From: Leucoraja ocellata | Taxonomy: Eukaryota | Assembly: GCA_036785375.1 (NCBI GenBank) | Contig: JAWMAR010000471.1 | Span: 558,001 to 622,000 of the forward strand | Direction: 5' to 3' | DNA length: 64,000 bases | Part shown: in pieces, positions 25,901 to 39,499 of the stretch | Numbering within the stretch: position 1 is the first letter of the stretch | Layout of the letters: each line of letters opens with the position of its first letter | Notes under the pieces: generated by a model | The model's input: only the letters and a program-made list of their open reading frames with translations | Told to the model about the DNA's origin: nothing | Database searches by the model: none | Translations under genes and position numbers: made by a program

Positions 25901-28900
25901 GCTCTCCCTTGTCCATTTTCCTACTACGATCCTTAAACAATAACGGGCTGGTCATCAGTTATAGGCGATTGAGGTCTGGCCTTGCCGGTAATACTCTGTC
26001 GGCGGTGGGCTGCCTACAGCTGGGTTTGACCGCGGCTAAATCAAATTTGGCCGCGCTTTGGCCACATTCGAGACACATGCAGGTTTGCCGTTTAATTGGT
26101 CTCTGTAATTGTCCCTGTGTGCAGGAGAGAGGCTGTGTGCGGGTACTTGCTGGACGGCGCGGACGTGATGGAGCGAAGGGACAGTTTTCACTCTGCGGGA
26201 TTGATTCGAATTGACCGGAGAGCACCTCGGTTCGCTTAACAATGGTTAAGTACACTTTACTGATTGCACCTGGCGAATTCCTTTTTGGAGAAAAATAAAT
26301 AGCCTTGAACATTAAACTTATTTTTCGCCTTACAACTGCTGCCTTGCCGCTGGAGATTTCTTTTATTTTCTGTGCAATTGTACGTGTTCAGTATCTGCGG
26401 TATTTTGTATTTGATTAAACTACGCCCTATTGCTGCTGGTCCTAATTCGGTGCATATTCTGCTGTATAAGCCAAACATGCAGGGTTCAGCCATTGCCTGA
26501 AAATAAAATACTTCGTTTTACATCAAGCACAATCACTGTTCACAATCACTGCACCTCTTCGGACTTCCTGTTAGCCATTGCGAAATTAATACCAAACTTC
26601 CTAAACCTGGTCCAGACTCTGTCTGTTTTGGAACTTAGAACATAGAACATACAGCAAAAGATCGTTCAGTTTAGTTTATTGCCACGTGCACCCAGGTACA
26701 TTGAAAAACGTGCTATCCTGTCAGCAGAAAGACAACACATGATTGTAATCGAGCCATTCGCAGTATTATAGATACAAGATAAGGGAACGTGGTTTAATGC
26801 AAGGTGAAGCCAGCATAGCCCGATCAAACATGGTGCTAGGGTCAGCATTTAGTTGGATCAGTTGAAGAACAGATTCTTAGTTCGCAATGTTCGTGTGGAC
26901 CCGATACCAAGAGCAGCTCCGATCTACCTGCGCGTAACCAATGTTCCTCCATTCACTGCAGAGTCATATCTCCATCCAAAACTATTTTACATTCTACTAT
27001 CGTATCCGCCTTAACCAGCAGCGCGTTATAAACACTCGCCACACTTTGTGTAAAACGTTGCGCCGCACATTGTCTTTCAATGTTGCCCTTCTTACCATAA
27101 AGCTGTGCCCTCTTCGATACATTTTTTCCATTCTGGGAAAATCAAAGTTCTGACAATCTACCGGGTTTCATAATTTTACATAACTCAACCAGTTGTGCCC
27201 GCAATCTCCGACGTTCCAGAGGGATAACAATCCAAATATGACCAATCTCTCACTGTATCTAATACCCTTGTTGCCGATCACCAGTTTGTGCAGCGTTGTA
27301 GTTTAGTTAGTTTACATTAGTTTGGTGTAGTTCAAGTAAACTAAACAAATACAATTACAAAAACAATACTATACAATTAACAAAACAAATGAATGCCCAG
27401 GTACACTACACCCACTGGCTCTTCGTAAATCCATGCTGACTCGGACCGAACCTGTTACTGCTATCCAAATGTGCCGCTATTTCGTCTTTTTATAATTGCT
27501 TCCAGCATCTTCCCCACCACCGATGTCAGGCTAACTGGTCTATAATTCCCTGGTTTCTCTCTCCCGCCTTTCTTAAAAAGTGCGATAACATTTGCTACCC
27601 TCCAATCCACAGGAACTGATCCTGAACATCTCCAGTCCTGGCAAACACTTTGTCATTAATAGTCTGCCACTCCCCAGATTCATGGTAATATCGCTAACAT
27701 ATTGCGATCTGGGTAACATCGCACGTGCGGTCTCGCCAACGTTCCAGACCAGATTGTTAAACTCCACTTATACCCAACTGCGTGCGACTCCTGCAGTGAA
27801 ATAAGCCGACACCTCCAGCTGGCTGAGGGAAACAAATCCTACCATCCACATTCAAATTGACTCGCATTGGTTGCAAGCAAATTGTTCATGAACAAGATGG
27901 AGAAAAGGTCATGTCTCTGTGCTGTGTAACATGCAAATACCACTTACTGTGAGAGTTGGTTCAATATACCTGCCCCTCCCGCGAGGGAGCGTTGGCATTG
28001 TGTCCCGTTAAATATGTACCGTCTCATTTTATACACTTGCTCTCTTTTAGAGACCTACATCAGAGGAACAAAATAAATACCTCAACTGATCACTTTGTCA
28101 TATTTTAACCCTCCACAACTCCTCAGGATTTTGTTCGCTGCAGAGGGATAAGGCTTCTGCATTAGCCAGTCCATCTCACAATTCACACTCTCCAATATTA
28201 GTACCATTTTATGAAGAGTGTTGCACACTCCCTAGTTTAAATGGATCCTTAATAAAGTATTTCGAAAAATAATATCCCTCCTCCTATGCTATACAGCTCT
28301 GTGAAGGTGTTGTCTGTGAATTGCTTAGGTCGAGTGCAGCAAACATGACACGTCTTTCTTCGGTCAATACTTTCTTCAGAATGATCTAACCCCAAACATT
28401 TACAGCCGGTGAGATTCTCCTTAACCGATTCAATCATCTTGTACATCAACATTCTTGATATCTCCAACGGATCATTGAATTGAGAAGATTTCGCCCTAAT
28501 ATCTAGAATAACATCAAAATCTGTTCATCTCTGTGTTTTAAGCATTAACACATTTCTTTAAAGATAACCTGTTGATCAAGAATATTTCTAGCCGTTGTAC
28601 ATTTCCAGTCAGTTGTCACGTTACACATTATATTCGCCTATTCTTTTCTTCATGAAGTGCGAACAGTTGAAAGACATCAATGCTGCTGTTGTATCTGAAT
28701 TGTATACGAAGTCGTCTAGAAGGTTCTCTGTGATTTACATAATTTAGGCCCTGCCCAAAAATGATTTTCTTTCATTTTGATAGGGAGCTCCACAGAACAT
28801 CCAAGATCTAATTATTAACGGGTGCATGTTAAATGAATGGAACGGTGCCTGGAAAATGCATTGCAAATACTGCAAATAAAATACTGTATTACAGCGCAGC

Positions 28901-29237
28901 ATGTGTGGATAAATGCTATACGACATGAATTCTGCTGCATCTGTGTGCCACGCGTTAAAATTTAAAAATAGAATGTTCACTCGTATTTTACAGTTCCTTA
29001 GTTCTGTTGGTGCTCAGCTGGTGCCTGAGTAGTGAGCGGTCGCATAATGAGTTTGATCGCTTTGCATCACCTGGGAGCAAACTATTTGTTCAACGGTCCA
29101 CAATAAATGTCCGTGGGGAGGTGAACGTACGCAGTCCTTAAGTTTTTTTCTAAGAATATAAATATAGCGCTGTTTGACTTTTCACTTTGACTCCTATAAG
29201 TTTTGCACTGCATAACTGCGGACGGCTTGAAGGAAAA

Positions 29238-29307
29238 ATGAGTTGGAAGCGGCACTTGGAAGTGGAATATTATTATTATCCAATTCTGGCAGCAATCGGA
29301 GTACCCG
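29238..29307 (+). CDS. GPCR copy 3, coding exon 1 (MSWKRHLEVEYYYYPILAAIGVP)
   Basis: ATG at 29238, donor G|gtaggt at 29308, 70 nt, phase 1. Confidence 0.88.
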
Positions 29308-29494
29308 GTAGGTGAAGGGAACGCAGTAAGAGGGACTGAGACGTGGAATGATGTGTTGATAAAAAAATTGTTAACGGTGAAGTGAAAATAGTGTGCGAAA
29401 CACGGGAATGTTAGACTGCAACCTTCAAGTTAGGGCGGTATTAACTAGAAAATGTTTGTTTAAGAACTTACTGCAGTTGCTGGAGAAATCGAAT

Positions 29495-29625
29495 CTAGAC
29501 AAAAATGCTGGAGAATTAGACAGCGGGTGAAGCGGCATCTATGAAGCGAATGAATAGGTGACGTTTCGGGTCGAGACTGATCAGTCTGAAGAAGGGTCTC
29601 ATCTCGAAACGTCACCTATTCCTTT
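29495..29625. mobile_element. Penelope-like hairpin, copy 3 intron
   Basis: Paralogue of 14200-14340; stem II weakened. Confidence 0.65.
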
Positions 29626-30699
29626 GTTAAGCTATTTGATCGTTGGTCGTTCATTGGATCTGGCACAGGTTAATTCTCTTCAAATTCAGGTTTAGGTGCA
29701 TTGTTGTCATGTCTCTCCGGGAGCTGCAAAAAGCTTTGGTTTGCAAGAAATCCAAATTAGATCAAATAATATTAAATATCAGTACAAACAATTCAATCTC
29801 AGAAACAGGTAGTGTGAGAGGGGAAATCGTAGTGCAGAGCGTAGTTCAAGTTTGGGAGCGCACTGCAGCGTATCACATCCACAAAGCCCAATGTCCGCAA
29901 GGGGATAGAGGTGAAACGGCAATGCCCTGGCATATGGAAGAGCGGCTCAGAAGCCTGACAACAGAGGGGAAAGAGATGTTCTGGAGTCTGGTGGAGCGAG
30001 CTTTAAGCCTTCTCTATTTTCTGCCCGATGGAGCAGGAAGTAGAAGGAATGAGCGGGGTGAGACATGTCTCCGTTTCCAAGAGATTGTGAAGTGCAAACG
30101 CAGTCAACAGTGCGGAGTCCATTTCGTTATATGGACCCGGCGTCTTCCAGAACCCTGTGCAATTTATTCTTTATGGGGCATAGATGGCCCCTCAACAAGC
30201 TTTGTGCGGCACCGTTGTTGAGAATTATTGTGGAAGGGTGTTACCACTAATTCTCTCGGTTTATTCTTTAGGACGTTGAGTATCCATTCGCAAGCTGGTG
30301 TGTTGAGCGCTGGGCTCTGGAGTTTATCAATGGGTTTGGATGGGAGTAGTGTTGAAGGCAAGTTCTCCAGCGGAGAAATGGGAATCTTACTTTCGACTCG
30401 TTTGTTGCCCGGCTGTTCCCGGGAAGGGTTTAGGTCCAGGACGATGTCGTCTGATGCGGACATGTTGCTGCAATATAGAGTCTGCGGTGCAACAAGTGTG
30501 GCTGGGAGACAGCTCACGCTACCTGCGTAGACCGCTGCTAACTAATCCGCACAGCTGCTTGGCAAGCACCCAGGTTTGCATGTGGGCCAGTTGTTTTCGA
30601 ACAAATAAGCAAAGCGTGCCTTAAATTGATCCCCGCCTCCAAATTAGCATCGCGTTTCCCTTACATGTAACTACAGTTTCCTCTTTTCTACACCCGCAG

Positions 30700-31613
30700 T
30701 GAACTTGCTGGCAATTGTGATCCTGTCGCGCAGAAATTGTGGTCTCTCCAAATGCACCACTCGGTACCTGGTGGCCATGGCGACTGTGGACCTCTCGGTG
30801 ATCGTCTGCGAAGTGATATTACATCGGATTGCCGACCTTTACTGGGGGCACTCATTCCTCTTCCACAATACTGTGTGCAGGTCCATTATGTTCCTCGCTC
30901 CCGCGGCCGTTGCCTGTTCTGTTTGGCTCGCGGTCGCTTTCACATTTGATCGCTTTGTGGCCATTTCCACTCAGAATCTGAGAACCAGATACTGCACTGA
31001 GAGAACCGCGCTGGTGGTTACAGTGACCCTAACTGCGTTCTTCTGTTTACTGAACGTCCCCTGGCCGTTTGCGTACATTTATTATTTCAGGGATCGTCAG
31101 GGTACATTGTGGGGTTGCCAAATACTATATCACTTCTACAGCCTATCCTCGTGGATAGCATTTTCTTGGACTCAACAGCTGCTAGTCCCAGTCATTCCAT
31201 TTTGTTTGATTATGCTGATGAACGTACTCACAGTCAGACGCATTTTATTGGCCAGTCGTGTCCGCAGAAAACTCCGCGATCTCAGTAGTGAGGACCCCGA
31301 GATCGCAAACCGCAGACTGTCCGTAATTTTACTCCTTGCAGTCTCCAGCAGTTTTATGCTGCTCTGGGGCACAAACGTGGCATATTTCGTTTTCTATCGA
31401 ATTACGATTGCATTTAAGTACAGGGGGTTGAAGAACCCATTTGCAACATTTGAACAAACTGGAATTCTGCTACAATTGTTGAACACCAGCACAAACACGC
31501 TCATTTACACCGTGACCCAGAGGAGGTTCAGAGAGCATTTGCTCCAGGTACTCATGTACCCCTTCACCCTAACTGTACGTTTAATAAAATCGAGAAATCC
31601 TAGTGTAAAATAA
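30700..31613 (+). CDS. GPCR copy 3, coding exon 2 (spliced product 327 aa)
   Basis: Acceptor AG at 30698-30699; intact 7TM frame with DRF and NTLIY. Confidence 0.9.
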
Positions 31614-33582
31614 CATTACATTACTGATCCCTCCGTGAGTCAGTGCAAACACTAGGTAATGAAGGAGTTTTCTCTGAAATCATTCCCCATCAATTTTCAA
31701 AGAAATAGTTGAGAAATAGAATCCGAACGCGTCCCCAGCACTGGAAAGCACATTTGGCCATCTATTTAACATGCGACACGGGCGCGTTGTTCAACGTGCC
31801 CAGTGGGGAGGGCGGCCATGTTTAACCGAGTTCTATGTTGTACTGGAGCAGACCTCCAATGATTCCGGAATTGAGTCTCGCCGTTAACTGTTTCCACCTT
31901 CCTTTGAATCGAGCGGCAACGTCTCCAGCGCGCAATGAAAACAGACATAGAATTATGGTCCTAAACATTGCATGCTCCATTACTCTACAATTCTTTGAGA
32001 CGTCCCATGGTTACGTATGTAAATGCCCAGTGCACAAATGTGTTTAATAAAATTCTTGCTGCAACATTTACGTTAATGAAAGTTCGATTTTATATTTGTT
32101 TCTCGCACTGAATGTAATGCCTCGTTGCTTCTTCCAGAGGCTTTCGGTTTTCAGTACAATTAGTAACTCTGCACCAGATGCAGCCAAAGGTACTGGGTGC
32201 TATTCATACAAGTTGGCATTACTAACTATATTTTTAATGCAAGCAGTGTGTAACAAGCGAGTGTCCAGTAGAGGGCGGTAAACTGAGTAAGTTCACCTGT
32301 GTGGTAAAGATATGCTGAATCTATTTACATTAATGTCCCACCTCCATTGATGCAGCGCCGACGCAGGAGATCTGCCTATTTTAGATTCGAGGGAATACTC
32401 AGAGAGTCGGATTTATCTCCTCCTGCAGGGCAAGGAAATGTGGGAAATCCATTAATTTATTTTCCCCACCGATGGCGGCTGAGATCTGTATATCTCCAAA
32501 TTTGAGTTGAGCACTCTCTCCCCAAATCCTCCTCTCCCGACGCGGTAACAATTACATTTTTACATATTCCGATTGACGTTTTTCCCCTCGAGTCCGAGAC
32601 ACCTTCACTGAACATTTTATGCTTTATTTATTGACTTATTACTGATTAAAAGTAAGTAAGAATTTTAAAAACGTCAAAAGAATTTGACTTTAAATCGACC
32701 AGCTGCTTAGTGGCACGGCTAGCAGTGAACAGCGTCCCTGAAGATTTCATCCTATATTTCACGTTATTCGCGATTAAAACATTAAAATTGTCAACTTTCA
32801 CAAGATTTTTACATATTCTGATCCACATTTATCCCCTCCAGGCAGAGAGCACCTTCGCTGAACATGAGATGCTTTGTTTTTCGGCATTACTGATTAAAGT
32901 TTTAAAAAATCAAAATACTTTGAAAATTAAAACGGCTAGCTGCCACTGATGACGTCACGATGTCTCTGCGAGCAGTGATCATCTTCACTTACGTTCGGGA
33001 ACGGCTTCTGTTGGAGGACCACGCCTCCTGTGGGGGCTACGGGTAGGGAACGGGTGCGTTGGGGGAGCAGACCCCATCGAAGCCTCTCATAACTTTACAT
33101 ACCTCAACCAGATCTTCCTGCAATCTCCGACATTCCAGAGGGAAAGAATCCAAATATGACCAATTTCTCCCTGCACCGCTAATCCAGCCACCATTCCGGT
33201 AAATGAGCAACTGCGGCTCTAAAACACGATGTTTTTAATAAATGTGTCAATTTTCCTGAATTGGCAAAGACATTCACTAATTGCTTTGCTACTGGTCACC
33301 AATTAGTACAGCGTGCAAGTTTAGTTAGTTTACATTAGTTCTTGATATGCGTGGATAGGGTAGACTGTCAGAACTTTGATTTTCCCAACGGTCGGTTCTA
33401 ACCGGGATGGCTGGACGACTGGAGCGACTGAGCTTGTATACACTGGAGTTTAGAAGGATGAGAGGGCATCTTATTGAAACATATAATGTTATTGAGTGTT
33501 TGGACACGCTAGAGGCAGGAAAATTGTTCCCGATGTTGGGGGAGCCCAGAACCAGGGCCACTGTTTAAGAATAAGGGGTAAG

Positions 33583-34365
33583 CCATATAACCATATAACC
33601 ATATAACCATATAACCATATAACAATTACAGCACGGAAACAGGCCATCTCGACCCGTCTAGTCCGTGCCGAACACGTATGCTGCCCTCGTCCCATCTACC
33701 TACGTTCAGACCATAACCCTCCATTCCTTTCCCGTCCATATAACTATCCAATTTATTTTTAAATGATAAAAACGAACCTGCCTCCACCACCTTCACTGGA
33801 AGCTCATTCCACACTGCCACCACTCTCTGAGTAAAGAAGTCTCCCCTCATGTTACCCCTAAACTTCTGTCCCTTAATTCTCAAGGCATGTCCCCTTGTTT
33901 GAATCTTCCCTACTCTCAGTGGAAAAAGCTTATCCACGTCAACTCTCTCTATCCCTCTCATCATTTAAAGACCTCTATCAAGACCCCCCTTAACCTTCTG
34001 CGCTCCAAAGAATAAAGCCCTAACTTGTTCAACCTTTCTCTGTAACTTAGTTGCTGAAACCCAGGCAACATTCTAGTAAATCTCCTCCGTACTCTCACTA
34101 TTTTGTTGACATCCTTCCTATAATTAGGCGACCAAAATTGTACACCATACTCCAGAATTGGCCTCACCACGCCTTGTACAATTTTAACATTACATCCCAA
34201 CTTCTATACTCAATGCTCTGATTTCTAAAAGCCAGCACACCAAAAGCTTTCTTTACCACCATATCTACATGAGATTCCACTTTCAGGGAACTGTTCACAG
34301 TTATTCCCAGATCCCTCTGTTCACCTGCATTCTTCAATTCCCTACCATTTACCATGTACGTCCTA
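33583..34365 (-). mobile_element. Young CR1 3' fragment, (TTATATGG)n family, nested in an older CR1 end (33370-34620)
   Basis: (CCATATAA)n at 33583-33625; high identity to 8290-9060; empty site at ~45575. Confidence 0.9.
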
Positions 34366-34720
34366 TTTAGATGGAGATGCGGAAACAAATGTTCACACAG
34401 TGTAGTAAGTATGTGGTATTCTCTGCCTCAGAGGGCGGTGGGTATCGGTTCTCTGGATACTGTCAAGAGAGAGCTGGAGAGGGTTCTTAAAAATAGAGTC
34501 AGGGGATATGATGAGAATGCAGGAACTGGGTACTGATTGGGGATGATCAGCCATGATCACATTGAATGGCGGTGTTGGCTCGAAGGGCCGAATGGACTAC
34601 TGCTGCACCTATTGTCTATTGATAGGAAGCTAATCAGCTATTTTCCATCTCCGTCTTATCTGCAGTATCTTCTCTCTCTGCTTCCAGACCCATAAACTAA
34701 TTTATTGCACAAACACATGT

Positions 34721-35481
34721 CGATAGATAGAGATAGATAAATATATATTACTTTATTAATCCCCTTATTCAGGGGAGATTCAGATGTCCTTGCACACTAA
34801 TAAAAATACAACATAGCATTCAAGAAGGTTAACATCAAAACTTAAAAACATCCCCCCACAATGATTCCCACTGGGTGAAGGCACAAAGTCCAGTCCCCAT
34901 CCTCTTGTCCACCCAGAGTCGGGCCTATTGAGGCCTCCACAGTCGCCGTTACGGGGCCCGATGTTCCCGGCCGTTCTCGCCGGGTGTTGGTACTCCGGCG
35001 TCGGGAGAACCTTCAGCGGTTTGGGGTACCAGGAACGGCCGCCCTCCTACCGGAGACCACGGCTTCCAAGCCAACAGACAGCGCCGAACGGAGCCCCACA
35101 CACTGGCGATCTCGGAGAGAGATCCCAGGCTCCGGTATGTAAAGTTCAGCTGGCCGGTCCACAGAACCTCGGCTGCACGATGTTAGTATCGGCGGTCGCT
35201 CCGCAACAGCGCGCCACCGCCGCGCCGCCGCCGAAGCCGAGGTTCTGGCCAGGTCCCCTCAGGAAATGTCGCTCCAGGACCCGCTGGTAGGCCGCGAGGA
35301 CTGGTCGAACGTGCTGCTCGGAGGAAGGCAGCCTCTCCGACCAGGTAGGGACTTGAAAAGCAGTTTCCCACTCCCCTCCACCACCCCCCACACATAAAAA
35401 GATTAGCCCCCCCAACTAAACACTTTAGCGTACTAAAAATAATTAAAAAAAAAGAAGTGAAAGAAAACGGACAGCTGCAGG
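34721..35481 (-). mobile_element. GC-rich non-autonomous retroposon, (TATC)n tail, 6-bp TSD
   Basis: TSD ACATGT at 34715-34720 and 35482-35487; empty site at ~45230. Confidence 0.75.
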
Positions 35482-35696
35482 ACATGTGTTACTTTTTAAG
35501 CTAGGGGGCTCGACTGTGGCAAGTAAATTAACAGGCACAATCCTCGGCAACAAGCAGGATCGTTTCGTTGAACACCTCCGCTCAATTCGCCTCCAACGTG
35601 TCCAATCCCTTAATAATCTATTATGTTTAAAAATATACCCTCTCATCCTACTAAATTCCAGTATATACACGCCCAGCCACTCCATTATATTCACAT

Positions 35697-36478
35697 ATTC
35701 AGATTCAGATTCAGATTCAGATTCAACTTTAATTGTCATTGTCAGTGTACAGTACAGAGACAACGAAATGCAGTTAGCATCTCCCTGGAAGAGCAACATA
35801 GAATACGATTCCAATAAATAAATCTATTTACATGCATACAGTCATAGTGTTTTTCCTGTAGGAGGAGTGTCCGGGCGGGTGTGGTGGGTGGGGGGGTGGG
35901 GTGGTGATTGGCAGTCACCGAGGTACATGGTTGAGTAGTGTGAGGGACCGGTGATGCGTTGGTCAATGTTCATCACCCTCTGCAGTGCTTTCCGGTCGGA
36001 GACAGAGCGGTTGTCATACCATACTGTGATACAGTTGGTAAGGATGCTCTCGATGGTGCAGCGGTAGAAGTTCACCAGAATCTGAGGAGACAGGTGGAAT
36101 TTCTTCACTCTGCTCAGGAAGAAGAGACGCCGGTGAGCCTTCTTGACCAGAGTTGAGGTATTGTGGGTCCAAGAGAGGTCATCGGAGATGGTTGACCCCC
36201 AGGGACCTGAAGCTGGAAACACGTTTCATCTCCGTCCCGTTGATGTGGATGGGGGTGTGCGTGCCGCCCCTAGACTTCCTGAAATCTGCAATGAGCTCCT
36301 TGGTCTTCTTGGAGTTAAGTATCCAAGTAGTTGTCAGCGCACCATGCTGGTAGGAGCTGGACCTCCTCCCTATACGCCGACTCGTCGTTGTTGCTGATGA
36401 GGCCAATCACCGTTGTATTATCTGCATACTTGATGATGCTGTTCAGTCGTAGGTGAATCTGAATCTGAATCTGAATCA
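35697..36478 (-). mobile_element. Rex1/Babar LINE 3' fragment, (GAATCT)n tail
   Basis: IIKYADNTTVIGLISNNDESAYREEV, FYRCTIESILT. Confidence 0.88.
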
Positions 36479-36969
36479 GAATGACCATATTTGCTCCTAT
36501 ACTCAATTCCACTTATTATGAAGGCCAACGTGCGATTAGCTTTCTTCATTGCCTGCTGTACCTGCATGCTTACTTTCAGTGAGTGATGTACAAGGACCCC
36601 AATTGATACCCATCACCTTCTCAAGAGCAAAAGTTTCCTTCCCGTTCCAGTTAAATATTTCCACTCTCGCCATAAAACCTAATTCCTCTGGTTCTTGATT
36701 CTCCAACTATGGGTAAAGTACAAGATACAAGATACATTTATTTGTCACATGTACCAGTTGGTACAGTGGAATGTGTGGTCACCATATCACGATACAATAA
36801 AATAAAGAACACAACACACGATAGAGTCCAACATAAAACATCCCCACACAGCAGAATCAAAGTTTCCCACTGAGATTCACGTGTGATTCACGTTGCCCAA
36901 TCGATAATGATTTCATATACTCAGCCTCCTCCGCCCAAGGAATATAGGCTCAAGATATCAAAGGTCCGC

Positions 36970-38005
36970 CGTGGACACAGGCCCTTCTTCCCACATAATC
37001 TGCGCTCACCCCACACAGTGGAACTCTACTACAAGCTGGAGACAAGTTACAATTTGCAGACATTAAAAAATACGCATTTCGAGTCTGGGAAGAATCCGGA
37101 GCACCCGGAGAAAACCCAGGCGGTCATCAGAATCAGAATCGGAATCAGAATGCGGTTTATTGTCATTATGTATTTAGCGAATGCAAAGTCCTTTAACCAA
37201 GCAGTTGCCTCTTGATCTGTTGTATGAAGGGTGGCAAGTCCTCCTTTGAGTCTTTGTTGAGGACATGCTTCAATGATGTGTTGCATTGTTTTCTGCTCAC
37301 CACATGCACACCGTGAGGTTGGACTGCCATTTAAATATAGGTTCAAACGAAATTACGTTCCTGCAGTCATAACAACAACAAAAAAAAAACACAATTATCT
37401 CAATTGCACACAAACATCCATCACAGTGAATCTCCAAACAACTCCTCACTGTGATGTGAGGCAAAAGTATTATCTCTTCCCTTCTCTGTTCTTTATTCTT
37501 CTTCCGCAGTCCAGCAGTCAAACTGCTACATCGAGCTGATCGAGGCTTTTGATGATGGAGCCCCCGGCGGGCGATGGTAAGTCCCGCGGCCGTTTAAGCC
37601 TCGTCGGGCGATAGAGAGTCCTGCTACGGGTCGATTTAAACCCCTCGATTCGAGCGGGAGATGTTACCGTTGCGCAAGCTCCGAAAAACGGTCTCCCGCC
37701 AGGGACCTGCGAGCTCCCGATGTTACTGTCCACGGGGTCTGCGTCGGCCCGCTCCGCGATCATTAAAAGCCCCCCCCCCCCCCCCACACACACACACACA
37801 CACCTCCCCCCGCAAACGTCCTCCCTCCACACACACAAATACAGCTAATAAACCAAAACATACACCTAACAAGACAAAAATAAATAAAAGACAGACCGTA
37901 GGGGCCGCTGCCGCGAGGCGCCGCCATTTTGTCCAAACGGGAGAATTTACTAAATCGTTACTGTCAGCACTGTACTCAGGATCTAAACGGGTCTCCGACA
38001 GTGTA
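36970..38005 (-). mobile_element. HE1-like SINE interrupted by a GC-rich retroposon (37125-37935), itself interrupted by an Ingi/Vingi-like 3' fragment (37172-37330)
   Basis: SINE halves flank an element starting CAAAATGGCGGCG and ending (ATTCTG)n; CACGEQKTMQHIIEACP zinc-knuckle peptide present only in this copy. Confidence 0.65.
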
Positions 38006-38990
38006 ATGCCCCTGTCCCACTTAGGAATTAGTTTACCTTCCGGTGGGTCTTCAGTGTAAGGGAGCAACTCTCCAGCTACGACACTATGCCGCCTAATTTA
38101 TTCCTACACTGCTCAAACTATCCTTTTTGCGAATTCCCTCGAGGGAGTATAGTAGAGCTATGATCTAGTGAAGGTGTTGTCATGTTGCTGTTGTGGAGGA
38201 ATCCCCAGACTATTGCGATGCAGAGAAGTAATTCAGTACCGGCTCATGGAGCAAAAACAGTAATTACTGCATTAAGGTATTTGCACATTTGTGCAGTCAC
38301 CCATTGGGAAAGGCGCCAGGCGTATTCAAAGTGTTTAATTTTACTTACCTCACGGGCATATCCATCAGGGTATTTATTTTAGCAGTTGCTGTAGCTATGC
38401 ATCTGGTGTCTAGTGATATATCCAGCGACACAGATCTGGATTACTCAGCAAGGCCCAATGGTGAACTACCCATCTGCATTACTGCATCCGCCATTTGCGG
38501 TAACTAGTTTGGTTTATTGACTTCCTATTCTTCCCGCGTCCCGGACGATTTTTCTGCAATAAGTGAAGGCCAATGACCACCTGAAATTAGAAAGTCTGTC
38601 AGGGTGTTGGTGAAGTGGAATTGGTTAACGTAATTGTGACAATTCCCGGCCAGCCAATCCTCCATCCAGTGACACCCTAGTTTTTCTGATAAAAAACAGA
38701 ACCTTCTACAGTTATTAACCAGGTTCTCCAGAACTGAGAGAGAATGAAAATGAACACACGTTCCAGACCTCTGGTCACATGTTCTATCCCGCTGTCATAA
38801 GAGCTCTTGTAATTCTCTGCAGCTAGCGGCTAATGTTATGGAAACGGATTCCGGAGAAGCAGCTCGCAGTTGGAAACAATAAAACCACCAGGACACCTGC
38901 ACACAATGAAAGCAAACCGACAACTGAGAGATAACAGGAAAGCAGGCACATCCAACCGCATCAGCGGAGCAGAGAGCAAGAGAAAGGCAA

Positions 38991-39028
38991 TGTTTTTGTA
39001 AGGGGCTTAACTTGTTTCCATCACTGTG
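38991..39028 (-). promoter_or_regulatory. Recombination signal sequence (23-type; 22-bp spacer) of V segment 1
   Basis: CACAGTG + atggaaacaagttaagcccctt (22 nt) + ACAAAAACA. Confidence 0.93.
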
Positions 39029-39335
39029 CGCCACAGTGCGCAGTAGTAGACTGCAGAGTCGCTGAGATCCAGCCCTGAGATACTCAAGCTGGTGAACTTA
39101 GTCGCGGTATTGAGCTCAATAGAGAAACGAGTATCAGCGTGTTGGGACTTATCTTCATTGTTGCCGGTGTCTCTCGACATAGTAAACTCGGGCTGCATGC
39201 CTGGATATTGTCGGTACCAGGATAAAGCATATGCTGTCCATGTGGTATCATAGTTACAGGTTAAAGTCACCGCTTCTCCTTTTGTCTTCGTCACCGAGGG
39301 CAGTGGCTGTGTGACAGATTCTCCGTGAATGGTGA
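39029..39335 (-). CDS. TCR alpha/delta-type V segment 1, V exon (apparently functional)
   Basis: Acceptor ttttacAG; ESVTQP...VTLTCNY...WYRQYPG...RFS...SLSISGLDLSDSAVYYCALW with both Cys and the Trp of an IgV domain; YYCAL ending typical of TRAV/TRDV; immediately followed by an RSS. Confidence 0.9.
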
Positions 39336-39453
39336 CTGTAAAATAAATATATTTAGATAGTAACAGATACCTGAGTGCCATAAAATTGCACTTCTCAAGC
39401 CAACATCTCACTGAGTAGGGCGAGGGGAACTGAAAATATTGATCCAGAATTAC

Positions 39454-39499
39454 CTGTCAGAAACGCTCCCCACACGACACAGATGCCGAGGAAACGCAT
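39454..39499 (-). CDS. TCR alpha/delta-type V segment 1, leader exon (MRFLGICVVWGAFLT)
   Basis: 46-nt hydrophobic leader, donor G|gtaatt, 118-nt intron, phase 1: the canonical antigen-receptor L-V layout. Confidence 0.9.

Larger units (their letters stand above)
1..32345 (+). repeat. Tandem segmental duplication, ~15-kb period (exon 2 starts at 549, 15400, 30700)
   Basis: Colinear non-TE flanks, e.g. 4945-6390 vs 22421-24200, 9064-11300 vs 24200-25930, 12330-14870 vs 27630-30150. Confidence 0.92.

Noticed and set aside
33583-33625. Short periodic repeats as a CRISPR-like array
   Set aside because: Eukaryotic LINE microsatellite tails with no spacers.
39336-39411. ORF-track start MRCWLEKCNF of the V segment
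   Set aside because: Lies in the leader-V intron; the true leader is 39499-39454.
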